Below, in pieces: positions 40,055 through 53,564 of a DNA stretch of 64,000 bases. A program made the position numbers and the translations under genes. Positions within the stretch are counted from its first letter, which is position 1, and each line of letters begins with the position of its first letter. The stretch is from Octopus vulgaris (taxonomy: Eukaryota): contig OX597825.1 in the NCBI GenBank assembly GCA_951406725.2, forward strand, positions 55,242,001 to 55,306,000, read 5' to 3'. The notes beneath the pieces were generated by a model, which did not search any database, was not told where the DNA came from, and saw nothing but the letters and a program-made list of their open reading frames with translations.

Positions 40055-40224
40055 TAAATATACATACATACGTACATACATACATACATACATACATACA
40101 TACATACATACATACATACATACATACACACATACACACACACATACATACATACACACATACATACATACGTACATACATGTGCATATAGCCTATATGA
40201 ATTTATATTCTATTGCTATTCTGC

Positions 40225-40535
40225 CAGTTACAAGGAGAGTTCCAGTTGATCCGATCAATGGAACTGCTTGCCCGTGAAATCAACATACAAGTGGCTGAGT
40301 ATTTCACAGGCATACATCCCTTTTAAAATAATTCTCAGAGAGATTCAGTGTGACACAGAATGTGACAAGGCTGGCCCTTTAAATAGAGAGATACAACTCA
40401 ATTTTGCTACCTGAGTGGACAGGAGCAACATGAAGTTAAGTATCCTGCTCAAGGACTCAACGAGCCACCAGGTATTGAATTCATGACCTTATGATCTTCA
40501 GTCAAATATCCTAACCACTTAGCCATGCACCTCCA
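40225..40535 (-). mobile_element. Family C SINE
   Basis: Reverse-complement homolog of 19935-20245. Confidence 0.8.
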
Positions 40536-40912
40536 CTATCACTATCATCATCATTTAATGTCCATTTTCCTTGCTGGCATGGTCCTTATGGCTGGCTCTC
40601 CTTCAAAACATCAATCACATCACATAGTGGACTGAATGGATTCTTGTGGCACCAACACTATGTATAAACTTATATATCATCACCATTTAATGTCTATGTC
40701 ACAAACCATCATGGGCAGGATTATTGAGAGAATCTGATGAATCTATGGACTATGCTATGTAGCATTAACTGTTTTGGCATGGTCTCTATGGTTAGATGCC
40801 CTTCAAAAACAGCAATGCACACACACACACACACACACACATCTCTGTCTTGTACTCCACAACAGAAGTGTTAAGACCGGTGCTCCTGGTGGTGAGGATC
40901 ACACTGCAAAAG

Positions 40913-41285
40913 ACCTGTGCCACATAAAAGCACTCATGTGGACACCATGTAAAAGCACACATAATGGTGCCACATAAAAATGTCCATACTGGGTTCACGT
41001 AAAAGCACCTGTGTGGTGCCATATAAAAGCACCCATGCAGTGTCACATAAAAGTGCCCATGTGGTGACACATAAAAGCACCCATGTGGTACCATGTAAAA
41101 TCACCCATGTGGTGCCACATAAAAACACCCAGCACACTGTTGAGTGGTTGGCATTAGGAAGAGCATCATGCCATAGAAACCAAGCCAAATCAGACTAGAG
41201 TCTGGTGCAGGTCCCCAGCTTGCCAGCTCTGGTCAAAACATCCATGGACTACAGACATTGAACGATGATGATGATGATGATAATG
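40913..41285 (+). mobile_element. RTE-tail element with nine tandem ~24-bp units
   Basis: (GTGCCACATAAAAGCACCCATGTG) x9, then GAGTGGTTGGCATTAGGAAG...(GAT)n. Confidence 0.85.
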
Positions 41286-42112
41286 ATGATAATAAATTCA
41301 CTTATAATTCAACAAGTGAACCAGTGCCTACAATTTTGTCACTTATTATCTGAACGTATTTGTTAAAGGATTTAATTTGTCAGAGTCATGGAGTACACTA
41401 TATTATATTATGGTTTTATTTCATTTGTCTATTGATAAGAACTAACACATACATACATATACGTGTATGCGTGTAAGTATGCAGATCTATAATATATATC
41501 ATTAATATATTTAATATTTTTCTGGTTCTTTTCAAGTAACGATATTTCTGATTATATAGTGGGGGATGTGAGTGTATTTTTTGTATACTATAATATTTTT
41601 CCAATTTATTTCTTATGTGTACGTGTGTGTAATGCATAGTAGTGTGTATGTTTGGATGTGATTATATATTCTCTATGCGTGCATGCATGTGTGTATGTGT
41701 GTGTATGTGTGATTATGTATATATGAATATCTCTTCCCTTTGTTACTCTCACCACTTTCTCTCCCACCTTTTTCTCCCCTCTCTGTCACTCTCTCGCATT
41801 TCACTTGATTTCCATGCTAGTAAAGTTATACATATGTATTTCTTAAGCATTGTTTTGCAGCTGGATGCCTTGTTTTGTTGCTAACCCTTACTGGTTTTTC
41901 AAAAAATGGAATCTTTTCTTTTACACATTTCCAAGAGCACAAAGAAAATAGATGTGTCAACAATAGGAATGATAACATCATCTCTTGTAACTTACAAAGA
42001 ACTACAATTATAAACAAAACACACCTCCATACACATATATATCTGCACACACCTCCATACATACATACATGCACACACCTCCATACATACATATATACAT
42101 ATATGTTTATAA

Positions 42113-42157
<45 letters not shown>

Positions 42158-42202
42158 ATATATATTATATACACACATATTACATACATATTTATACATA
42201 TA

Positions 42203-43064
42203 CAGGGTGCAATGGGTAAAATTTCGCCATATTATATTTTCAATTTCAAGCATGTGCCTTGTTTGTTTTTGTTGACTACACAGTAAAGTGGGGTCAGTTG
42301 GGCACTGTCTGTGAGAAAAAAACAGCACCATGACAGAAATTTGGGAATGACATGCTGTACTGCTTGGCATTGATGCTGGAAGCTCCAATACAAACATTTC
42401 AGAATGTTTGGGTGTTAATCTGAGGACAGTGCAATCTGAGGAAATACAGCGAGAGTGATAAAAATCAAACAACCAGTCAACATCATGGTGTTTGGAATGA
42501 TCATTAGCAATGGTGGGATTATGCCTTCATTCATCTTCCCACACAGCCTCACACTCAACATGGAGGCCTATATTAAGTGTTTGAAGGAGGTAGTGCTGCC
42601 TTAGGTCAAGAGGGTGACTGCTAGTAGTCTGGCAACAGCACTCTGCACCATGCCACTTAAGTATGAGAACCTATTCATGGCTGTCAGACAATTTCTGTGA
42701 CCACATCACCCCTAACATCAGACCACCTAACTCCCCAGACTGCAACCCCCTTGATTATTATATGTGGGGTGCATTTAAAAAAGCGACCAACAAAACTCCT
42801 TGTAACACAAAAGATGAACTGAAGACAAGGATTATGGCAGCATTCACCAGCTTAAACAAGGGGAGCATCCAGAAGAATTTCAGGAAATTCCAAAGTCATC
42901 TGGAGGCCGTGGTTGGAGCCAATGGCGATTTTATTGAATACATTTACTCTTTAGTATTTCAAGATATTTTTATGTAATTTTGGTAAATATATCTGTTAAA
43001 ATGAGATGTCAATGTTATTTTCATTTTTGCATAATTTAGACAACAGTTTATCCACCACACTCTG
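42203..43064 (+). mobile_element. Internally deleted Tc1/mariner-superfamily element (maT/DD37D-like)
   Basis: TA TSDs; imperfect TIRs CAGGGTGCAATGGGTAAA / CAGAGTGTGGTGGATAAA. Remnant motifs MVFGMI, WQQHSAPCH and PPNSPDCNPLDYYMWG. Confidence 0.85.
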
Positions 43065-43786
43065 TATATATTACATACACATATTATATACATCCATATG
43101 TATATATACATACAAATATGAATACATATATCTTTTAATACACACAAGATTTAAATGCGAGCTACTATAAGATTCGTGGTCTCAGAGTACAGTACTGAGA
43201 CGAACTCAAAACCATATACATATATGTATACACAAATTCACTCAAAGACGTGTGCATGCATATATATATATATATATACATACATAAATACACCAGTCAG
43301 ATAAGATTATGAAGTGAGGAGGGAACAAATAAATATAGACAAGTACAACATGGTAGAAAAGCAAAGAAATATGAAGCAAAACAACAATCAAAGAATGTGT
43401 ACAATGAAAATATGCCAAATGAAAAGTAAAGGAGAGGCACTAACATTTCAGGTTATACCCTTTGTCAAACAGAATGAAAATAGGAAATGTAAGAAGGAAG
43501 AAACACAGAAAAATCACCGATTTTAAATTTCTTATATTGCAGGATTGGTTTACATGTATATTACCTTCTTGTTTGCCTCTGTGTAGGTTTATATATACTG
43601 TGAATGATTCTTTCCAAGTATCAAAACCATAATGTTATATGTTAGGAAGCTGAAGATGGTACATATACTTGTATGGTACAATGTGCTTGTTTATTTGTGT
43701 GTGTTGATGACTGAATTTTTCTGTATTGTGTGCTTATGCTTTCTATATTGTCTATTGAGATTCTAGCTGGTGTATTTATATATTAC

Positions 43787-43819
<33 letters not shown>

Positions 43820-43976
43820 AGTGTATATGTGCTTGTCTCCCGCCATAGCCTGACAACTGATGTTGGTTTGTTTACATTTTCCTTGCTGGCATGGGTTGTT
43901 CCCTCACATGTCATCACCTCTATTTTCTGGTTTACATGTATATTACCTTCTTGTTTGCCTCTGTGTAGGTTTATAT

Positions 43977-44335
43977 ATCACTTAACGTCCGTTTTCCATG
44001 CTAGCATGGGTTGGACGGTTCGACCGGGGTCTGGTAAGCCATGCTCACAGGCTCTAGTCTGATTTGGCAGTGTTTCTACAGCTGGATGCCCTTCCTAATA
44101 CCAATCACTCTGTGAGTGTAGTGGATGTTTTTTATGTGCCACAGGCACAGGGGCCAGAGTAGGCAGGCAAATGGCCATGATCGTTGGTGCTTTTACGTGT
44201 CACCGACACATGCCAGTCAGGCAGCGCTGGCATCTTCCACGTTTGGACGGTGCTTTTTACGTGTCACTGGCATGAGTGTCTTAACTACAATTTCCATTTG
44301 AATTTTTATTTTGATGCTGACATACTTGACTCAAT
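43977..44335 (-). mobile_element. RTE 3' UTR fragment
   Basis: AACGTCCGTTTTCCATGCTAGCATGGGTTGGACGG and three TTTTACGTG-type repeat units. Confidence 0.85.
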
Positions 44336-45033
44336 ATATCCTTTGGTTTACATTGGAAATCTTTCAGTTACCATCTACCAAATCTACCCATAAGGCTTCA
44401 AGGGTTTGGTTGGCCCAGGGGCTATAACAGAAGACACTTGACTAAGGTGCCACATGGTGGAGTGAACCCAAAAGCAAACTTCTTACCCTAGTCATACCTG
44501 CACCTACAGTGACACACACACATGCAAACAAGTACATGTGCTTGTATGGTTATTATGTATAAATGCTTGATCCTCCTTACTTTAGTATTACAGTAATACC
44601 TTATCGCTTTAGATTATCAGCTATAATTGCCTATATCAATAGATATTTCATTATTTTCCATAATTCATACATGTAACAACTTCAGTAGAAACCAGTGGAA
44701 TTTTTTAATTCTGTCTTATATAAATGTATCCCTTCCTTAACGATGCCTTTTTTTAAAATCAATAAATTCAAATTTAATAAAATTTGAAGATAAAGATTTA
44801 ACACCTATTTAGAATCTTGTACACTGATTCTCTACATCATTGTTCCAATTTCCTTCAACAATACCTTTTTTTATGTGATATATATATATATATATATATC
44901 TTTCATCTATTGCTTTTAATCTCCATCAAAAGCTGTTTTATTAGTGACTGTAACTTCTTTTGTTTTACTTTTCTTTTTGTTTTAGACAAATTTCAGCCTA
45001 GTTTAACAGCTTTATTAAATTATTTTAACTTTA

Positions 45034-45090
45034 GTTATCTCTGATGAGGCAGAATAACTGAAACAAGTAACTGCTTACATATAAGATAAC
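45034..45090 (+). ncRNA. Degenerate type I hammerhead ribozyme
   Basis: Perfect 7-bp stem I GUUAUCU/AGAUAAC, CUGAUGA, damaged stem II, GAAAC, stem III AAGUAA-cugc-UUACAU, and AUA at the cleavage site. Confidence 0.6.
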
Positions 45091-45250
45091 ACAGACTAAA
45101 TACAATGTACTCCATTACAGGCACTGAGTTCTTTCTTTAAATTTGTATATTCCTTCTTTGAGCAATCATGTTCACCTATCAGTCTATTTCTTTATCTCTA
45201 TCTCTCTAGCTCTCTTTCTGATTCTCTATGTCAATACTTCTCTTTTCCTA

Positions 45251-45281
<31 letters not shown>

Positions 45282-45659
45282 GTTTATATACATAGACACA
45301 TATATATCTATACGTTTAGATATGTGTGTGTATGCATATGCCTATGTATGTAGGTGGTATCCGTGATAGATAGATAGATAGATAGATAACAAGATAGATA
45401 TCTCATTATATAAAGGGGAAATAACCATGACAGAGAAGATAAAAGATTCTATTGTTCTACCAAGGATAAAAAGCAGGAAATCTTTCAGAATTACAAACAC
45501 AATGTAATTTTGTTTTGTCTTATGTATCCTTTTTTCTTGGTTTGTTTTTTAGTATGGAAATACTTGAAGTAAAAATACGTATGATACCGCATTATATATA
45601 CATACATACATATATATATACGTACAAATATACATACACACACATATGCACACCCACAT

Positions 45660-45694
<35 letters not shown>

Positions 45695-46100
45695 CATTAG
45701 ATATTATATGATATGGAAAGAACAATATTTGCAAGCTAGTAATCTTTCAAATGGTTGTTGCTTAATAAATCAAAATATCAACCGATTCCATGCCAACTCT
45801 ATCTGTTGAAGATTTCTCTATCCCTTGCCAATCTCTTGCACGAATAAACATTAAATTGGAAAGCTATGCCTGATGATGCCTTACAATGAGACGGGGAATA
45901 AATTTGATATAAATGTTATATTTTGCCTATATGTTATAATTTCATATATGTAGGTTCATATTTACATTTTGTTGTTGTTATTGTTCTTGTTTTATTGTAG
46001 TCTTCACCCACACAGATTTTCTATAATGGTATATATAGTTGTTTAGCCTCATGGTCTGAATTTGATAGTATGTTTGATGCAATGTGTGTGTGTGTGTGTG

Positions 46101-46135
<35 letters not shown>

Positions 46136-46341
46136 TATCATAAACATTCCAATGGTGACCATTCCATATTTCATTTATGTTTTATTTTTAAACATAAGTA
46201 TCCAACAATATATTTTTCCAATGTATCCATTCTTGTATTTGAGGAAGATTCAGCTGCTATTTCTAAGCAAATTTGCATCCCACGTAATGGTTTCCTTGTC
46301 AGATCAACTGTGAATGTTGCTTCTTTCTATTATTGTTCTAA

Positions 46342-46555
46342 GAGCAGTGATCTGGCCGAATTGTTAGAACCTGGAAAAAATGCCATATGGTATTTCTTCT
46401 GGCTCTTCACACTCTGAGTTCAAATCCTGCCAAAGTCGACTCTAACATTTATCTCTCAGGGGTTAATAAAATAATGTATGAATCTAGTGCGAGGATTGAT
46501 ACTAACTGATCCTCTCTCTTCAAAATGCCTGTTCTTGTGCCTATATTAGAAACAA
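46342..46555 (+). mobile_element. Family M SINE
   Basis: CTCTGAGTTCAAATCCTGCCAAAGTCGAC...GGGGTTAATAAAATAA. Confidence 0.75.
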
Positions 46556-47214
46556 TGATTAATGTTGTTGTTGTTTAGTCTCTGCTCAGCCCTGATCAAC
46601 CAGATGTATGATCAAAGATGTTATAGCTGTGACATTCATACCTAGAATATTATCCAATTGTGACCAAGAATGTAAGAGAGCTGTGGTAGTTATTTCTAGC
46701 AGGTTCATTGATGGAGGGAATATAGTCCCTCTTTTCAGTTATAATAACATTGCATACATACACTTCGTTGCTTAGCACTCCCTCTCCGTTATATATATAT
46801 ACATATATATATATATACTTGGGGGTGGTTATATTTTGCCAATAACTGTTTCAACACATGATTTCACATCAAGAATCTTACAATGCAAATAAATACATAC
46901 ATATATACAGAGAGAGAGAGAGAGATAGGGTGGGGTATGTACATATGTATATGTATATATATATATATATATACATTTTGACATTAATCTAGATATGTTA
47001 TGTTTCTCTCCATTTTCTATTCTCATTCCTTTCTATCAAAAAGCATAGGCTTGGAACATCAAAGATGTTTCCATTTTACCTGAGCGTCAAACTAATATCC
47101 CTTGTTTATTGTTTCCTCACCTGCTTCAGTCTTTTGCTTTCCGTACATTTGAATCATATATGTATACATATATATACGTGTGTGTGTGTGTATCTATTGT
47201 GAAATCACTTGTCA

Positions 47215-47500
47215 TAGGCAATGGATAAGGGTTCAGCAATTTCTTGCTCAACAAGCTGCACAGGTGATTTGTTTATAGGAATTAAATGTTTGTGTTAGCA
47301 CATTAACTCATTCCCTCTATCAAATCAACATTGCCTGTACAGGTGCACAGCCTGCTGCATGTTAGATGTTAAAGTAGGCACTACAGAGCAATGTGAGATG
47401 AAGTGTTTTGCTCAAAAACACAACCCTCTGCTTGGTCTCAGAATTGAACCCCATGTCTCACAATCATGAGTGTAACACACGAGCCACTAGACCACACACC
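47215..47500 (-). mobile_element. tRNA-derived SINE
   Basis: Minus strand TGGTCTAGTGGCTC A box, GGGGTTCAATTCT B box and TTGAGCAAAACACTTCATCTCACATTGCTC. Confidence 0.7.
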
Positions 47501-48078
47501 TAAAACTATCTTCATATATATATATATATAACTCCTTTCAGCTCCAGAACTGCAGTCATGCTGGGGCACTACCATTGAGTGTGTGTGTGTATATATATAT
47601 GTGTGTGTGCATGTGTGTATATATATATATATATATACATATATATACATACATGTACACATGCATACAGTGGGTATGAAGATGCTTATGCAGGAATAGT
47701 CACCTTGATTGGTGACAGTCAAATTCTTAAAATTCCAATTTCTTAATCAAAGTAAGGTACTCCAAAAGCAGGTAAATTGGTTGGAAGCAAAGACATTGAA
47801 GCAAATATCAAAGAAGAGAGATGAACAAACAATCAAAGTCGTATGAAATAAATTTACATCAATTTACATAATTCAATATAACTTACATAATGTTACATAA
47901 TTTAGCATAATTTTACATGCTATAATCATCTGACAACTCAAATTCTACACACCTATAATTGTTGATTGATTGATAGACAGACTGACTGACAGACAGACAG
48001 ACAGACAGATATAGTGCATCTAACATATCTTGAAGTTTGGTATATTTGGAGAACTATGTTTAGTATGCATTCATAGCA

Positions 48079-48352
48079 CTAGACCATTAGATCTGTTACA
48101 TCTAGACCATTAGATCTGGTAGAACTAGACCATTAGATCTGGTAGATCTAGACCATTAGGTCTGGTATATCTACACCATTAGGTCTGGTATATCTACACC
48201 ATTAGGTCTGGTATATCGAAACCTTTAGTTCTGGTAGATCTAGACCTTTATTTCTGGTAGGTCTAGACCATTAGATCTACTAGATCTAGACCATTAGATT
48301 TGGTATGTCTACACCATTAGATCTGGTAGACCTAGACCATTAAATCTAGTAT
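48079..48352. repeat. 23-bp minisatellite, about 12 units
   Basis: Unit CTAGACCATTAGATCTGGTAGAT. Confidence 0.9.
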
Positions 48353-49540
48353 AGTTAGAGAACAATATTTGTGTACCATACCTAGTCCCTACAGCAGAAC
48401 TACTTATGTACTCATAGGTTTTTCAAGATAAGGGTTGGTTACAGCTACACATCAATAAAAACAACTTTATCAACAACTATAATAACAACAACAACAGTAA
48501 CAGCAACAGTTGAAACAGCAGAGTTAAGTAAGTTTCCCAAGAATACTGCTATGAAGTGATAATATATAGACAGATATTTTGATAGTTTGGCAGCTAACCA
48601 TCAGTGTGTCGTTAAAACTATCTTAATTTAATGATATTGCCCTCCACAAAACAAACCCCCTGTCATGCCCTTCACATTCTTAACCTCCCATAAATTATAG
48701 TCATAAACATAAACCGAAACATTTAACTCCCATAAATGCAATCGTAACAAAATTCCATAGATATTGCTGTCCATTAAATACAATATGAAATGAGATGCTG
48801 TTTGGTTTGTTTTGTTTTTAATTTATATTTATATTCTCCTGTTTTTCTTTTCTGTTATTAATTTATCGTTTGTTGCTTTTTTTAAAAAATTCCAACTGTA
48901 TAAACATTGTCTATATTTCATGTCTGTGAGATATGAGACGAGACAGAAAATATTTCCATTGTGCATTTGTAATGTTGTGTAAATGCTTCATGACCCTCGA
49001 GGGTTGGGTCAACACAGAAGGTTTTTATCTACATATGTTGTTATACTGTGGCCAACATGCTAAGTGATATTATCCACTCCTCTGACCACAGCAACAGCCT
49101 GATATTGCTGTTTGGGGTGAGGAATCAGTAACTAAAATTTAAGCAATTAAACTACATACTCACAAATTTTATGCGACAAAAAATCTATAGCTTTAGATGT
49201 GGGAAAAAGATGTAATATTATTATTTAACACCAGGACAACCATCATTGATCAGTTATGATCAAAGACACTCCAGCCATGACCATTTCATGTTGTCTTTCA
49301 CAGATATCTCAAACTACATTATCTAATATTGTCCTTTCTTAATAGAAATGATTGAATGATTTAAGTAAGATCTGGCTACTATTTTTAGTAACTCAAGTGA
49401 TCTTATAAAGCAGTGTTTCTCCACTCTTTTTAACCTATAGACCCCCTTAGATTCTCATTTTACTCACTTGGTCCACTCCTAAACAGTCAATGCTTTAAAA
49501 AAAGGCATATATTTTTATAGTTATATATTGTTAGATATTG

Positions 49541-49925
49541 TATCTTTTACTTGTTTCAGTCATCTGACTGCGACCATACTGGGGCACCACTCTGAAGAAT
49601 TTTTAGTTGAATGTAACAACCCCAGTACTTATTTCTTTATTTTTAAAGCCTGGTATTTACTCTATCGGTCTCTTTTGCTAAACTGCTAAATTATGGGGAC
49701 ATAAACACACCAACACTGGTTGTCAAGCAAAAAGCGGGGGGTGGGGTGGGGGACAAACACACATACATATACATATATATGTTGAGCTTCTTTCAATTTC
49801 CCTCTACCAAATCCAGTCACAAGGATTTGGTTGGCCTGAGGCTATAGCAGAAGACACTTTCCCAAGGTATCACACAGTAGGATTGAACCTGGAACCATAT
49901 GGTTGGGAAGGAAGATTCTTACCAG
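49541..49925 (-). mobile_element. Family A SINE
   Basis: Reverse complement of the family A consensus. Confidence 0.85.
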
Positions 49926-52373
49926 GCAAGAAGTATAACCAATTTGTTGCAGATAAATTTTAACAACAAATTCTTCTGACATAAAGGCTAACACTGTAGT
50001 TGTGATATTTTAGCTTTCTTAAAGAAAAAGAGAAACATGACTGATGTGAAAACCATTCCAGCCCTGAGTAGAAATATAAGTTACAAAATAAACACCCAAC
50101 TGTAAAGAGTACCACCACACAGTAAGTAGCAGGAGTATTGTATAATTGGTAAAACTGAGTTGAAAGATAATTCTTGTACAATGAAGATGATGATGATTGG
50201 AGTCATTATGGTATGGGTGGTGGTGGTGGTGGTGGTGAAAGAAATGAGGGTGTAAGGAAGTGTTGTTGGTGAAGGCATGGATTGTAGTGGGAATGGGACT
50301 AGCTGTTTAGCACCAGGTCAGCTCTCAGATCAAGCAGACTAATCACTGATAGCATTCCAGCTTTGACCATCCCTTCTTTTCATACATCAACAATTATACT
50401 GTCCAACAAGGTACATTTTTTTAAAGACAGCAGGTGGGGTATGCTGACATGAAGAAAATTTGGTTGCTGTTTCTAGCATGTCTAGAAGTTCATTTGGCAC
50501 TAGTGGTGGAGGCGGTGATAGTAGTGGTGGTGGCAGTGGTGGCGATGGTGGCATTGGCAGCAGTGGTGGTGGTGGTGTTGGCGTTGGCTGCAGTGGTGGT
50601 GGTGGTGGTTGTACTATTCAATTCTACATGCTCCATTCTCTGTGTTCACAGAGGAAATCCAGCCCATCCTGTTCTTGTAAGAACCATTGCAGAATGTTAA
50701 GACATGTCTGACATGTAAACTAATGAAATTATTATCAGTTCCAGCAGAGTTGTTTAGCAACAGTCAACAACTCCCTAAATAACAGAAGTCTTCTGCTATT
50801 GCTGCTGCTGCTGCTGCTATAAACCAGGGTTGCTCTTTTGGGACAGCACTGAAAAACTACCATGTTTATGTAGTGTGACATGGTTGAATAAACAAATACA
50901 AGATATTCCCAGGGAGACTACAAGCCAAGGAGGAAGCTTCTACATGGTTGCTAAGCCTGCTACAAACAGCAGCCAAATCATCCTCAAACTGAACCCTGCC
51001 ATCTTAAATTAGGATAGCCACAATGGAAAATGTAGTATTAGGTGCAACAAAGGTGGGATGGTCATGGTCAGAATATTTTTAAAGACAGAGCTGCTCAGTC
51101 AGGATCAGCCTGATGTAAAACAACTGTATTAATAATACTATAAATGGGGGTGGGGGTAAGTGGCGTTGGTATGAGATGTTGAAGCATTCATGCATTTCTT
51201 TTGAGTACGAATGATGGAAGTGAAGTCAATGGCTCCATCAATTAAAAGAAACTCAAGTAACAAACTCACCTTGACTAAGTGTTTATCTCAATTTTACAGA
51301 ACTCAACAGAACGGTAAATATTTCTCCTGCACACTCCACACTTAATTCCCTTCCTTTAGAATCTCATTAACTACAAGGGACATACTCAATGTCAGTGGGG
51401 AATCCTTATTTGAAAATATCTTCATATTATGTGCGTTTAATCAGCAATGTGTTCTCTCTTACATTAACTCAAGTTATATATCTCATTAAGTCAGAGATCA
51501 AAGGTGGTATAAATTTGGGAAATGATACATGAGGGAGAATCTAGTTTAAACATATATTTACGCTATGAATTTGATACTTTTGAAATTCTTTCTCTTGGTT
51601 CCTGGCTTAAGTTAGATATGTTAGTTTAAGCTTCACTTAATTAACCGATATCAAACCTGTATTACATTGATAATGGAATTAACATATTTCGTCTGGCGTT
51701 TAATTGCAACAGCATCTCATTAATGCCTGTTGTGTAACTGATTTTATACAGAAGCTGGACAAGCATTGCAAGAAGCTATTTCAGTGAGACAGAATTAAGA
51801 ATCTTAAAATCAACATATTTATGCTCAATAAGCCCAGACAACACCGACACATAGAGAGGGTGTCTAGTTATCCATTCATCACCTTCACACTGTGTCCATT
51901 CAGCCAACACCTATAACGTAATAAATTATATACTTCACCACACATTATATAACGTAATTATTATGTGTGCGTATATAAACATCCTTTAATGTTGTTGTGA
52001 AAATTGTTTAAGGTTAAAATTCCAGCTATTGATTGAGAACACATGACCAGGAACTGGACTATAAGGATTTCAAGCCTTATTAGACTCTCTTCAGATCATG
52101 TGTACCTGAGTGATAATGTTCTCTCTGATTTAGCCATAATGCTTTATAAACACTAGAGTAGTCAGTGTTAGTAAAAGATTTTAACCTTCCCTCTTGAGAT
52201 GAGACTAAATCTCTCAGTCCAGCCTCATAACATTGCGAACAAATGTGATGGTGCTTTAACAAAGATCAGCCATTGTGAATTATATCTTTCACAATGTAGT
52301 GTATGGTGTAATATATAATGTTTAGATAAGTGTATGTGTATGTATGTATAAATTTGTACATGAAATTCAGTTA

Positions 52374-52736
52374 CATCATCATCATCATCATCATCATTTA
52401 GCGTCCGTTTTCCATGCTAGCATGGGTTGGACGGTTCAACTGGGGTCTAGGCTGCACCAGGCCAGTCAGATCTGGCAGTGTTTCTACAGCTGGATGCCCT
52501 TCCTAACGCCAACCACTCCGAGAGTGTAGTGGGTGATTTTATGTGCCACCGACACAGGTGCCAGACGAGGCTGGCGAACGCCACGCTCGGATGGTGTTTA
52601 TGTGCCACCGACACAGGTGCCAGACGAGGCTGGCAGACGGCCACGCTCGGATGATGTTTTTATGTGCCACCGACACAGGTGCCAGATGAGGCTGGCGGAC
52701 AGCCACGATCGGATGGTGTTTGTTACGTCCCCAAAC

Positions 52737-52740
<4 letters not shown>
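52374..52740 (-). mobile_element. RTE 3' UTR fragment, same subfamily as 29433-31818
   Basis: (CAT)n, tail, and three to four ATGTGCCACCGACACAGGTGCCAGACGAGGCTGGC units. Confidence 0.9.
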
Positions 52741-52782
<42 letters not shown>

Positions 52783-53019
52783 ACACACACACACATACAC
52801 ACACACAAGTTTCATGTTTGTATTAATTGGAGTCTTAACTAGATTGTTTATATATATATGATGCACATGAACAGTGTCCACTTAAACAGTGTACACACAC
52901 ACATAAGCATGAGGATAGAGGATATCAGGCTTTACTACTACAATTAAAGCTGATATCCTCCATCCTCGTGTTATATTATTCTTATATTAATCTTATTCTG
53001 CAGTAGGATATTTATATGT

Positions 53020-53330
53020 ATCTCTATCTCCCCAGTCAACATATATACACTGTGTCTATCTACCCTGTCAACTTCTACAAATTGTGACAATCCATCCAGT
53101 CAATATCTCTGCACTGAGTTTGTCAATCTAGTCAACATCTATGCATTGTAACTGTCAATCCAGTCAACTTTTACATACTGTGTTATCCAGTCAACATCAA
53201 CTCACTGTGTCATCTTACCCTGTTAACATTATCTACACACTATGTCATTCTACCCAGTCAATATTTCTACACACTCTGTCATGTTATTATCTACACACTG
53301 CATATGTCTATCCAGTCAACATTTACAGAC
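53020..53330. repeat. Degenerate ~30-35-bp minisatellite
   Basis: Recurrent TATCCAGTCAACATCTATACACTGTGTC-like units. Confidence 0.7.
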
Positions 53331-53564
53331 TTATCTATGCATACGGTAAATATATACAGACTGTGAGTAGTGTAGGATGAAGAGAAAGTGGATGTGCTTC
53401 ATCAGGTTTACTTAGCCCTCAATAACACTATGTGTGTATCTAGATAAGCTTCTATATGTATACTACATCACTAACCACTATGTTTGTGTGTATGTGTATA
53501 AGAATGTGTTTATGAGTATACGTATGTATGTATATCACATTAGAAATTAACCATTAAGAGATTC

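Noticed and set aside
48991-49011. 12-bp palindrome ACCCTCGAGGGT with TGACCC/GGGTCA half-sites
   Set aside because: A single short motif, compatible with chance in 64 kb.
50434-50711. Gly/Ser-rich or Val-rich ORF
   Set aside because: A degenerate (GGT)n repeat adjoining an interspersed repeat.
51262-51330. Minus-strand AAG|GTGAGT donor with a possible short exon
   Set aside because: Weak acceptor without a pyrimidine tract, and stops in all three frames.
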